DNA of 63,737 nt, the filler included, from Octopus bimaculoides (Eukaryota): the NCBI RefSeq assembly GCF_001194135.2. It is 6 parts of 6 records of this genome, joined end to end, with 100 filler letters (N's around TTAATTAATTAA, not from the genome) between each part and the next. Parts side by side here need not be neighbours in the genome. Positions count along the whole stretch, not along the records: positions 37,975 to 54,582 come from NC_068998.1; positions 54,683 to 57,252 come from NW_026352595.1; positions 57,353 to 63,737 come from NC_068986.1; 3 more parts are not named here. One strand, given 5' to 3'. Positions within the stretch are counted from its first letter, which is position 1. Each line of letters starts with the position of its first letter. The notes beneath the pieces were generated by a model that saw only the letters and a list, made by a program, of their open reading frames with translations, searched no databases and was not told the DNA's origin. The position numbers and the translations under genes are program-made. Of this stretch, positions 52,719 through 63,737 are shown piece after piece.

Positions 52719-53391
52719 TGCAGAAAAGTTTTTTCACAGCCGACCCAGTTTTTGAGAAGAAATACAGGCGGAATTTCATTAATCTTATATAATAAAAGAG
52801 AGTTTGTGTGTGTGTTCCCAAAATACTATAAATCTGTCTTTAATTTTGATGAAGGGGTGTGTTGAAAGAGAGATTGAATGTTATGCGTAGTAGCTTAAGT
52901 TACCACAGACACACCTCTGTATGTATGTGTGTTTCCTTGTGGTGAAAAATACTTTTTTATCAGAATATTTTGCACAATAATTTTGTAAGAAATCTGGACA
53001 GTTTTCATACTACTAACCATTCAACTTCAATTTATAATTGTTAATTGTTGGAAGCCAAGTAGACTTAGATGTGTATATATTGTTATTGTATAGAGTGGAA
53101 GTTCAATACGAAGTTTTGAACGCATTATCTCGTCGTTAGTAATCCATTAACTGAAATTTGAAGCTATTAAATATTTAAACACTATTTCACAGGATTTAGT
53201 CAATCGATTGTCCCCATGATGGGGTATTACCTTCAAAAATATAATTAATCATACTGACCACAGTACCTATTTCAATCTGTCATTTATCTTATAGACTTCT
53301 GCTTGAGGAAATGTTAACTTTGACACGTAATGGGACACAATACTTGACTTAACAACAAATGTAAATACGTACATATATATCAGGTACAAAA

Positions 53392-53515
53392 ATGACTGTG
53401 TGGTTGAGAAGGTTACCTCCCAACCACATTGCATGGTACCTTGGGAAAGAGTTTTCTACTATAATAATAGATCAACTATAAACTTGTGACTGAATTTTGT
53501 AGAGAGAAACTGCAG
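53392..53515 (+). mobile_element. Old SINE family A head
   Basis: gactgtgtggttgagaaggttacctcccaaccacat...accttgggaaagagttttctactata...gagaaactg. Confidence 0.6.
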
Positions 53516-53885
53516 CGTTTTTCAGCAGAAATGACCGAAAAACATGTCTCTAAAGAAGAGTCATTTGCATTCATACTTCTCATGTGCCAATTTTGCCCAT
53601 AAGTAAAGATCAAATAATACAATGCGGCTGTAGGTCAAAACACCCAGGCAAAACCAGGGTGCATTGCTACTGACATTACGATTCTTTGGAATCCATAGCA
53701 GCTTGTGATTATTTCTTTTTTTCGTTCCGATTCTGGAAGCGATCATTCTCAGGAGGTTGTATACATATGTATGTATGTATGCATGTATGTAGGTATGTAT
53801 GTATGTAGGTATGTATGTGTATGTATGTATGTATGCATGCATGTATACGGTATGTATGTATGTCATTGTTCATTTTCATTTCAAG

Positions 53886-53965
53886 ATTTCTTCCCAATAG
53901 AGAAAGAGCCGGTTCCTGACCTAGATCCGCGGCACCTTCATTGGAATTTCAGCAACATCTACAGG
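53886..53965 (+). CDS. Candidate internal coding exon ((D)FFPIEKEPVPDLDPRHLHWNFSNIYR)
   Basis: An 80-nt higher-complexity island inside (TATG)n repeats, bounded by acceptor ttgttcattttcatttcaag| and donor AGG|gtatgt. The frame is open, phase 1 to phase 0. Confidence 0.65.
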
Positions 53966-55365
53966 GTATGTATGCACGTATGTATGTGTATATATATGCA
54001 TTATATAGGTACCTATGTATCTAAGTTATGTATGTATGAAGGAGAGGCATGCGTGATTGTGTCAGTGTCTTTGTTTACATGGAATGTATGCTTTTTCATG
54101 TGTCTTTGTATATGTGTATGAATGTGTATGTGAGTGTGTTTGTGTGTGTATGTGCGTGTGCGCGCGCTTGTATCATTTCTAACAGCTTTCTGCGCGACTA
54201 CCCATATGTACGTCTCCCATCAAAATGTAATTTTCGAAATCTACATCCTTCATATTTAGGATTTTATAAAGAACAAACAGCATTCTAGTGTTCATATCAA
54301 GTAAGTATTCAGATTAATCTACAAAAAATATCTACTCACACCTTTAACGTTCACAATCACTTCAGAAAATTTGCGTATTTTGTTTTGCTTTATTTGATAA
54401 AGAATTTCTGTTGTGTAACTTTCTCTTCACTTATATATTGAACCGTGGTGTCACTTAGATTACTACTCCTCTCTGGTATATTATATATAGCCCAAACTTG
54501 GTATCTGTTTATGAATTAGGAAAACTGAATTCTAGTGGGAAAAGTGATGGAGACATAGGGACGTGTATATATATATATATATNNNNNNNNNNNNNNNNNN
54601 NNNNNNNNNNNNNNNNNNNNNNNNNNTTAATTAATTAANNNNNNNNNNNNNNNNNNNNNNNNNNNNNNNNNNNNNNNNNNNNCAACACCACTAACACCAC
54701 CCTCATCACCGCCATCGACATCAAGACCGCTGCCGCCACGACCACCACAATCACTACTTCCACCACTACCATCATCATCAACGCCACCACCACCACCACC
54801 ACAAACATTGCAACCGCTACAGCTAACCCGCGTCCCACCCCCGTCCACTACACCCACTCACAACGACCAAGGCCAACGCCGTCGCACATAAAGTACCCCA
54901 CCAACCAGGGTACCCCCCGTCATCTGCCAGTGAATTCGCTGCTATAGCGACAGCACAACTGCGATGTGTGAAGTGTGAAATCTGTGCACCAAAGCAGATG
55001 TTTTCTCGCATCATTCGATAAAGCCAACGCTTCCCTTACATCGTTCGTTTTTCTATAACCTATAATGAGCACGCGCGTGTGTTTGTATAGATATATATGT
55101 GTGTGCGTATGTGTATGCGCATATGTGTATATAAATACATATGTATGTGTGTGTGTGTATCTGCCTTTGTAAATACATATATGCGTATATATGCATATTT
55201 ATGTATATATGTGAAAGTATGTCGACATGTATATATATATATATATATATGTATGTATATAAATATATATACACACACAAATATCTATCTTAACTATATA
55301 GGTATGTTTACATCTATGTATATGTACGTATCTGTATATGTATATATGTATATAAATATATACAT

Positions 55366-55477
<112 letters not shown>

Positions 55478-55743
55478 CTGTGCGTGTATCAAAATATACA
55501 TACACACACGCATACAGACATGCATATTTACATACATACATACATACATACCGACATACATGCATACGCTCATGTAAATATCAAAGATGGTAGAACTTGG
55601 CTAAGATAGGAAACAATTCGTGTTAAACAACGCACAACGCGCCGAAGCACGCGGCAGAGCAGGGGAGCGGCCATTTTCTCCGGCAAGCTGCATCCGGACC
55701 GAATTTACACACGTGTGCGCGCATTCCGCACACACATACACAC

Positions 55744-55788
<45 letters not shown>

Positions 55789-55849
55789 CTTAGTTGTTTT
55801 AGTACACTAAAAGTGCATGTGTTCTTAATGGCGTTTTTACTTTGCAAGT

Positions 55850-56166
55850 GTTGAAGAAGAAGAAGAAGAAGTACAAGAAGAACAAGAAGAGGAAGAAGGC
55901 GAAGAAGAGGAAAAAGTTGGTGATCATGTTGATGATGGTGATGATGACGTTAATGGAGTACAAAAAAAAAGAAGGAAAAGAAAAAGAGAAGAGAAAGAAA
56001 AAGCATAGAAGAAAAGAAGACGACGACGATGATGATGATGATGATGATGGAGAATAAGTAGAGTGGGAGGAGGAGGAGGAGAGAAGAAAGTAAATATAGC
56101 AGAAGTGGTCAATAAAATGGTGAGAATGATGATGATGGCGTGGACTATGATGATCGTGATGGCGGC

Positions 56167-56198
<32 letters not shown>

Positions 56199-56375
56199 CG
56201 ATAAGGATAGCGACGATCATCATCGTCACAATGAAGTTGATAACAATGGAGATTAAGACGATGATGATGATGATAGTAATGAGAAAAATGACTGATGATT
56301 TTGATGATAATGATGATGATGATGATGAAGGTGGTGGTAGTGACGACGATGATTATCATCACCATCATCATCATC
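55850..56375. repeat. (GAA)n/(GAT)n/(GGA)n low-complexity tract
   Basis: Direct reading. Confidence 0.9.
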
Positions 56376-57039
56376 TGGTTTGTCTATGTACATTTATAAA
56401 AACCTTATAATTCGAAGATTTACAATTTTTAAATGTTAAAATATTGAATTTCCTATTATTTTGTATAAATATTATAGTAGTCCACTTGTCAGCCACATTG
56501 ACTACAACAGCTACAACAATACAAAAATGAACAACATCAACATCAACAGCAGACTTGGATACGTAAATCAATAAACAAATCTGAATATATAACACTTCCA
56601 TTAACATCATTCGCTTATAGTTAAATGTTTATGTAGTAAGTAGATACTCACCACAAAATAGTACACGGATCTAAATTATTCTGGTTTACGTGTGTTTACA
56701 TTGAAAATAAGCCATAGTGGTTTCGTAGTCACATATTGCTTATGGAATCAATTTGATGAAGGAAAACAGAAGTTTAATAATAATTTGAGAAGTACGCGTA
56801 TAAAGCATCGTTGTACGATATAAGGTAGCATTAGATAATACTAAACATTCCACTTATGTGATATTTATCAACTGTTTCGTAGAAGCTGTGTATGTTGCCA
56901 TTCATTTTCTGTGACGGGATTTGTGTTTTCGGTGCTGCGAAATGTTGCTGTCTGCCTTAGTGTCCGTTGAAGCCGGACTTGTTAATCTAAAACCATATAT
57001 GGTTGAATGTATGTATGTATGCATGTACGTATGTATATA

Positions 57040-57242
57040 TTCTTTTGTTTGTTTCAGTCATTTGACTGCAGCCATGCTGGAGCACTGCCTTTAGTCGAGC
57101 AAATCGACACCAGGACTTACTCTTTGTAAGCCTAGCACTCATTCTATCGCTCTCCTTTGCCGAACCGCTAAGTTACGGGGACATAAACACGCCAATATCG
57201 GTTGTCAAGCAATGGTGGGGGAACAAACACAGACACACACAC
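57040..57242 (-). mobile_element. SINE family A 3' half
   Basis: tttcagtcatttgactgcagccatgctggagcactgcctttagtcgagcaaatcgac...gaaccgctaagttacgggg...caaacacagacacac. Confidence 0.88.
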
Positions 57243-57352
57243 ATTATATATANNNNNNNNNNNNNNNNNNNNNNNNNNNNNNNNNNNNNNNNNNNNTTAA
57301 TTAATTAANNNNNNNNNNNNNNNNNNNNNNNNNNNNNNNNNNNNNNNNNNNN

Positions 57353-57645
57353 CATCACGCTTCAGGACCAGTTACTGCAACAGCTTGGGATTCAGCGGCC
57401 AACAGCTTTTTAATATTCTCCCAAAGAGCCTGAGGAATCTGCACAAAGTAGATGTAGGAGTTTTTAAATCAAAGTTGGACCTCTTCCTATCGAGAGTCCC
57501 AGATGAAGCTACCTCGCGGCAGGAGGTGCAAATGAGGGTTGCTAAATCAAACTCCATTCTTCACCAAGTAAGAGGCTCCCTGTAATAACAGTGTAGCAAC
57601 ACGGTGGTGCATCAGCATGGCCGCAGCTCTAAGCTGAAACTTAAA
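57353..57645 (+). mobile_element. CR1/L2-type LINE 3' end
   Basis: SRFRTSYCNSLGFSGQQLFNILPKSLRN...VFKSKLDLFLSRVPDE matches the CR1-group C-terminal 'N.LP..........FK..LD.FL' motif. It is followed by a short 3' UTR and an A-rich end. Confidence 0.8.
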
Positions 57646-57652
57646 AAAAAAA

Positions 57653-57692
<40 letters not shown>

Positions 57693-57975
57693 AGTGTATG
57701 TCAGGAAGACCCAAAATGTATCGGGTAAACGCTAAGTAAGTGCTATGGATACAATACCCACTTACATACATACCACCCCACGCTTACCTTCTCTCTACCT
57801 TTTCTGTACCCATCCCTTAATACAGCTCTATCACACCACCCATAGTCACATCTTTCACACTATTTTGCTCCTTACCCTCTCATCTCTCCCCCTCTCATCT
57901 CTCCCCCTCTCATTTCGTTCCCTCTCTCTACATTTCAGTTTCGTCTTCCCCCCTTCTGCTTCTTCTCTTTAGTGT

Positions 57976-58016
<41 letters not shown>

Positions 58017-58062
58017 AACATTTATATACACACACATATATGTATAAACATACACACACACA

Positions 58063-58092
<30 letters not shown>

Positions 58093-58093
<1 letters not shown>

Positions 58094-58309
58094 CTTTGAA
58101 AAAAGATAAAGAATGACTTCACCGGTAATTCTAATCAGTTTAATTTATCATTTTCTAATTTTTCAATGTTTTAATTGTATAAATTTCAGTTCAAAGACCT
58201 ATGAACTAAAATTAATATCATTAAAAATTGAACAATTAAAGAAAATTAGAAAATAATAAGTTAAACTGATTAGGACTACCAATGAAGTCATTCTTCTCCT
58301 TTTTCCAGA
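58093..58309. mobile_element. Foldback (near-perfect hairpin) element, probable MITE with TA TSD
   Basis: Arms such as aagaatgacttcaccggtaattctaatcagtttaatttatcattttctaatttt (from 58108) pair with 58240-58295, with a loop near 58193-58201. TA occurs at 58091-92 and 58310-11. Confidence 0.7.
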
Positions 58310-58372
58310 TACACCTAACTGTACCAAGGATCTCCAACTTTTACCAATTTATATATATGTATGTATATATAT

Positions 58373-58419
<47 letters not shown>

Positions 58420-59339
58420 CATATGTATGTAAGTATGTATACACCAAATTAGGGAATGGAGTACATGTTTAATAGTTATCAGAATCTAGGAATTACGAAT
58501 TATCCAGTCGAGGAGTAATCCGGTCGACTCATCGGGCCAAAGATACCTTAACAAAAGATCTCCTTCTCCAATTAGAAATCTTTTAATGTGACACCACTCC
58601 TACATCTTCTTTAAGTTTTAAACATATTTCCTTATTTTTCAGTAGACCCGTAAACGACTTCAGCCTACATTCACAAAGACATCCCGCTTGTTAGCTTCAA
58701 TGATGCCAAATTTCCCCCTTCTCGTCCCACGCTCCTTTCTCTTTTCGTAAACTTATTTACCCCGTCTCATATATTGCTCCTTCACTCATATGCTTTTGTC
58801 TTCAACCTCTATGCATTCCACGCGTTTTCAACCGAATCTCCTGTGAGTTAACAAGGGATCCATTGACGACGGTGTTAACTTCTTTCGATTAAGGAATATT
58901 TGGGCCGATCAGTTTTTAGCGGACTACCCCTTATTTGAGTCATTGCCACTTCCGGGATTCTGCTAGCTATGAAACATATGTAGGCTGGATTTTATCTCCT
59001 CCATTCCCTAATTTGAGATTTTCATTCACATACACAGCAAACCCTGATGCTAACCGTAAAGTATATAACGATATTTTCAGATTATGAATCTTCAATATGG
59101 GACAGATAAAATGGATGGATGAACCATGGCGCCATTATAGCATGGTTTGTCGACTGTCTATTGCAACAAGGACATCATCCTTGTACATGTAGCTAGGTGT
59201 CTAAAACCCTCCTCATACCGACGTTATATCTATCTTCACCACATTACTCGTAGCCAACTATTATTAACAATAACAGCGACAACAAAAACAACAAACATGT
59301 AATGAAACACACACATATATATGATGGGATTTTGCACAC

Positions 59340-59472
59340 TTTCTATCTACTAAGTTCACTTTGAATTGGCCAGCCTGGGGCTACAGCGAAGGAAGTGTTC
59401 CTAAGGAGCCGCACAGTGAAACTGAACTCATAACCTCGTGGTTTCGAAACGGACTTTATAACTATACAACCA
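59340..59472 (-). mobile_element. Old SINE family A head
   Basis: ttctatctactaagttcact...ggggctacagcgaaggaagtg...cagtgaaactgaactc..aacctcgtggtt. Confidence 0.5.
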
Positions 59473-60722
59473 TAGAAAAAGAAATTACTAACAACGCAAA
59501 TTCTCATTCCTTCTGAAAAATAAATATCAACGTCAGGGACTTGCATTAAATTTCACATGTCTACCAACTTCACTTAATGTTGTCATTTACAACTATTAAC
59601 AGCCATTTCTCGCCATAGAAGTCGCAGTTGTAACATCGAGATAACGAGACATAAAACATGGCTAAATCCACGATTTCTAGTTGAGTGAGGAAAGTTTACT
59701 TTATTCTGTAAGGTTTTGAACAACTGTAAATTATACGCCGGATAATCAGTATTACATTCTACATCACCCTTTTGAATGGTGGTGTGTGAGGAAATGCGAA
59801 AGACATTAGCATATCATATTCTCTTTAATACTATTTCCTAATACACAAGCAGAGCAGACATTAAATTTAATGTTGGTACAAGAGGAACTCTTCTTCATTT
59901 AATATTTCTTAAAGTATAGAAGGATTACATAAATATAAAGAAGAAAAAGGAACAAACTTAAGAACTGCAGTTGTAGCTTGATTATTCAAATTGAAACCAC
60001 TACGACTTAATATGTACGTGGATTTATAAGAAAATCCATGCTGAAATTGTTGTTTTAATCTAACTGAAGATGACTTTAAGATAACTCTTATTTCAAGTCT
60101 TAACATACATAATATTTAGAGAATATAGAAGAGTGTTGTATAATGTTTTAACTGATGTATTGCTTTTCGGTTTTCTCTTTTCGTATTGTTTATGGAGAAA
60201 ACGACATCGCTACGTCTACAGTTCAACTACATACTTTCTGATAGAATGGTTTCTCTGGACGAGGAATATGTGCGATATTGGCGACATTGGTGCTCATAAG
60301 CGAAAAACACGTACGACTCTGATGAGATTACTGTTTATGGATGATAAATGTGTGCGAGTGATATAAGTAATGGTTATGGAAGAGAAATATTTGCGGCTCG
60401 CATGAGAGCTTTGTTCATATACTTCGTACAAATAATCTGATGCTGTGTACGAAGTACGTGAACGTTCAAATATACAACAATGAAATCCCAAAGAAAAGAA
60501 ATCCTGTTTTTGATATCTACAACTATACTCACAAACAATTGCCTAATAATGCGATATGTGTTTTCATTGCTGCTATTTCGACACACTCCTCAATCTCAGA
60601 ATGTTGAATAGAAAATTTACCGCTTTTTGATTATTTTCAATACAAATCTCGTACACAGGTATATTTGCAATGCTATGTATGTAAATATATGCATGTGTAT
60701 GCACCTATGTATGTATATATAA

Positions 60723-60769
<47 letters not shown>

Positions 60770-60814
60770 TGAGGAGGGTACATTCACACGCGTATCTCTC
60801 TCTATATCTTTCTA

Positions 60815-60828
60815 TCTATCTATCCATA

Positions 60829-60874
<46 letters not shown>

Positions 60875-60935
60875 CCTATCTATCTATCTATCTATCTATC
60901 TAATTTATCCCTGTATCTATCTGTCTCTCTGTTTC

Positions 60936-60970
<35 letters not shown>

Positions 60971-61015
60971 GTCTGTCTGTTTGTCTGTCTCTCTACTTGC
61001 CTGTCTATCTATCTA
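60815..61015. repeat. (CTAT)n/(CTGT)n tetranucleotide microsatellites
   Basis: Direct reading. Confidence 0.95.
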
Positions 61016-61677
61016 CATGCTTTTGATTACAATCTTTAACCCAAAACAATACAAGTTATAAAAATATTTATTTTCTTAATTTACCAAAACATGAAACTAC
61101 AAGTGGTGTTGCTATGCCATTGCTCCGAATAATATCATTTACCAGCGAACTCAACAATGAATTCACAGCGGTCCGTTCAACAAATCACAGTCCACTGCAA
61201 ACGAAAACAATTTCATCCTGGAATAATTAAAACTGAAATCATTGCAGCGACAACAGTAGAGCGACTTTTGCGGAGAGAATAGATAAAATAATAGATACAG
61301 ACAAAGTTACTCAATTGAATAGGTATAGGAATATAGCTCACACAAGTGAATAAATTAACTTAGGAAAAGCAGCAGACAGTGTTAAAGTATAGACAATTTG
61401 GCTGAAAAAATTTACAAGCGCTCAGAAAGCGCTACCAAAATATTTAATGGCTAACTTTCTGAAAGAGACGGAAACAAACGGAGAATGCTAAGACATGAGA
61501 TCAAAATAAAAATAAAACGCAGGTATAGAGCTAGAATATAAGTATTTAACATATAACACATATAGTTCTATATTTAAGAGATGAGGAATTATGCGCATTA
61601 TTTACATTATTTACATTATTTACACTATTTACATTATTTACATTTGACGGATATTTGTCCTCATCTTGTTTGTTGTT

Positions 61678-61723
61678 AACACAACGTTCCGGATGATATA
61701 CCCCCCAGCCGTCATCAGGTTTC
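61678..61723 (-). ncRNA. Minimal type I hammerhead ribozyme motif, mutated core
   Basis: gaaac-CUGAUGA-c-ggcug-loop-caucc-GGAA-CGUU-guguu. GAAA is changed to GGAA and stem II has one mismatch. Confidence 0.55.
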
Positions 61724-61883
61724 TTGGGGAAATTTCGAACCTGGGTTCTCATTCCTAAGGTATGATATGATACCTATTATCATTAGGTGTCATATTTTTC
61801 TAGCAGGCTGCATATAATAATATAATATATCCCTGTTTGCGTCTTTTCTTAGGAATGAGAACCCAGGTTCGAAATTTCCGCAA

Positions 61884-61929
61884 GACACCTGATAAAGGCT
61901 GGGGAGTACATCAGCCGTAACGTTGTGTT
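61884..61929 (+). ncRNA. Minimal type I hammerhead ribozyme motif, mutated core
   Basis: gacac-CUGAUAA-a-ggcug-loop-cagcc-GUAA-CGUU-guguu. Stems I and II are intact and there are two core substitutions. Confidence 0.55.
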
Positions 61930-62349
61930 AGCAACATACAAGATAGGGACAAATATCCGTCAAATGTAAATAATGTAAATAATATAACACATAAGATTAA
62001 CTGAATTGGTCAAATAAACAGAAATTCATTTTGAGTCAGAAAACGGATGATTATCATCAGGTGTCATATTTTCCTTGCAGGCTTGCACATCGTATATCCC
62101 TGTTTGCGTCTTTTCTCTGCCATTCTACGCATTTCCAGTATGTTGTTTTAGTCTATTTATATTATATTATATATTCCATATTCTATATCCTACATTAATT
62201 TTATAAGAATATAAATAAAACATAAAAAACAGACAGAGTTGGAACTCTTTTTAAATAATATATTCCTCTATACACGATCATACAAAACTCTTTTTTTGTA
62301 TATATATTTAAAATTTTTATTTTTATTTTGTATATTTATTTTTATTCAC

Positions 62350-62391
<42 letters not shown>

Positions 62392-62393
62392 CA

Positions 62394-62630
62394 AAGTAGA
62401 AAATCACAACAATCGGAAATCGTCAAAACATAACAAGCATGAAAAGGAGGATCGCACAACAACGGCAAATAGGACAAAACAAGATACACGGATCATTCGC
62501 AGCCAACTGCTTCTTCAATTGGAGTCTGGAATATCCACGTAGTTTTGTACAATCCTTTCCGATTACAACGCGAAACCAGTTGGGCGAAAGTCTTAGCTGA
62601 AGGCATTAAGCCCTTCAGCAACGCAAACAA
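62394..62630 (-). mobile_element. Short element embedded in (TA)n, related to 33097-33425
   Basis: Flanked on both sides by (TA)n. The minus strand contains TTGAAGA-a-gcag-ttgg-ctgc-GAATGATC. Confidence 0.4.
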
Positions 62631-62641
62631 ATGTATGCATG

Positions 62642-62672
<31 letters not shown>

Positions 62673-63679
62673 ATATATATATAGATAGATAGATATATGC
62701 ATATATATTTATATATGGGGAGTGTACAGGGAAAAGAGAGATAGCAGGTGTGGTTGATACAAGGATTGCGAGGAGAAAGTGAATAATCTAATTAGTTATA
62801 TACATATATATTTATAATAAAGTACCCCCACAAAAAAATATATACAAAATAAGCTCAAATAGGTTTTTAGCTAAATAACTATGTCGAAAGTTACGTGAAA
62901 ATATGAATGTCTATTATTTCAAATCACACAGTGTGTATTTGAAGAATTGAAAATGAAAATAGAAGAGAATTATAATAATATACATCGAGTTAAGACCTTA
63001 AGTAAATAGCGTTGACTTTCAATCTAAAATTACATTATGTTTACAGAACAATGTCACACACTTCTTATATACCTTATCATTAATATTATTCACACAAGTA
63101 CGCTGTTCTATTCTTCAATATTTGTTTGTCTTTTTCAAGAAGTTCCGTTATTCCCATTAATACCACTATTATTGTTTCATTTAACGAAATACAAACATAT
63201 TTAGGTAAACAAAGAATTGTCTTGGGAAAATATTTGTGAATCGCAATTTTCTGGTGTCAAAGCAAATATTCTTCTCGAAATAATTAGCTTAGAAAATCAT
63301 AAGTTTTGAATATAATGACTGATGTATATGTGTGTTTGTATATATGTAAATACGAATATATATGCCCGTATGTATGCCTACATCTCTCTACGTCTCTCTC
63401 TGTGTATGTATGTAAGTATCTATGTATGTATGTATGTATGTATGTATCTATCTATCTCTTTCTATCTCCCCCTATCTCCCTCTGTTTGTGCGCGTGAGTA
63501 TACACACCTGTAAATGTGATTATAGATGCATATATTACATTCGTCAATATATGTTTACAAAATTCTTATACGGCTTTCCTTTTTTACCTTGTCATGATAC
63601 TGTCACTCTGTCTAAAATATTAAATAATGTTTCAAAACTTTACACCAACGTACATATATGTGTGTACACACACACACAT

Positions 63680-63737
<58 letters not shown>

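Larger units (their letters stand above)
61563..61981. mobile_element. Inverted pair of Penelope-type terminal repeats flanked by a 12-bp direct repeat
   Basis: Arms 61627-61759 and 61848-61981 are reverse complements of about 134 bp. atataacacata occurs at 61551-61562 and 61982-61993. Confidence 0.7.

Noticed and set aside
55799-56410. Poly-Lys/Asp/His/Met ORFs resembling acidic or basic nuclear proteins
   Set aside because: Translations of (GAA)n/(GAT)n tracts in several frames, with no splice or domain support.
58642-58860. Strong acceptor at 58641 as the next exon of the candidate gene
   Set aside because: The required phase 0 begins with TAG, and alternative NAGNAG or other phases stop early or lack a donor.
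60130-60610. Several 60-80 codon open frames
   Set aside because: No splice signals or homology recognised, and this length is expected by chance.

Overview
Eukaryotic, AT-rich, gappy scaffold dominated by microsatellites and transposon remnants. The SINE families look like those I recall from Octopus, so a coleoid cephalopod origin is inferred, not verified. There is no complete gene. The best host-gene evidence is a phase-compatible pair of + strand exons (42400-42475, 53886-53965) that together encode the N-terminus of a type II membrane or secretory-pathway protein. Recognisable TE remnants: hAT, two different Penelope-like GIY-YIG elements, four R4/Dong-like LINE pieces plus one weaker RLE-LINE remnant, a Gypsy integrase with PPT and LTR, an Academ-like fragment, a Tx1 LINE, a full-length dead mariner, a CR1-type 3' end, and many SINEs (labelled A, B, D, F here for convenience). 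The most interesting structures are two Merlin-like MITEs with 9-bp TSDs carrying telomere-type repeats, an inverted pair of minimal hammerhead-ribozyme motifs, a 217-bp foldback, SINE modules swapped between families with one tail matching the CR1 3' end, and a CpG-depleted domain at about 8-14.5 kb. Most ORFs in the supplied track are microsatellite or N-gap artefacts. I found no firm evidence for a wholly new multi-gene system.
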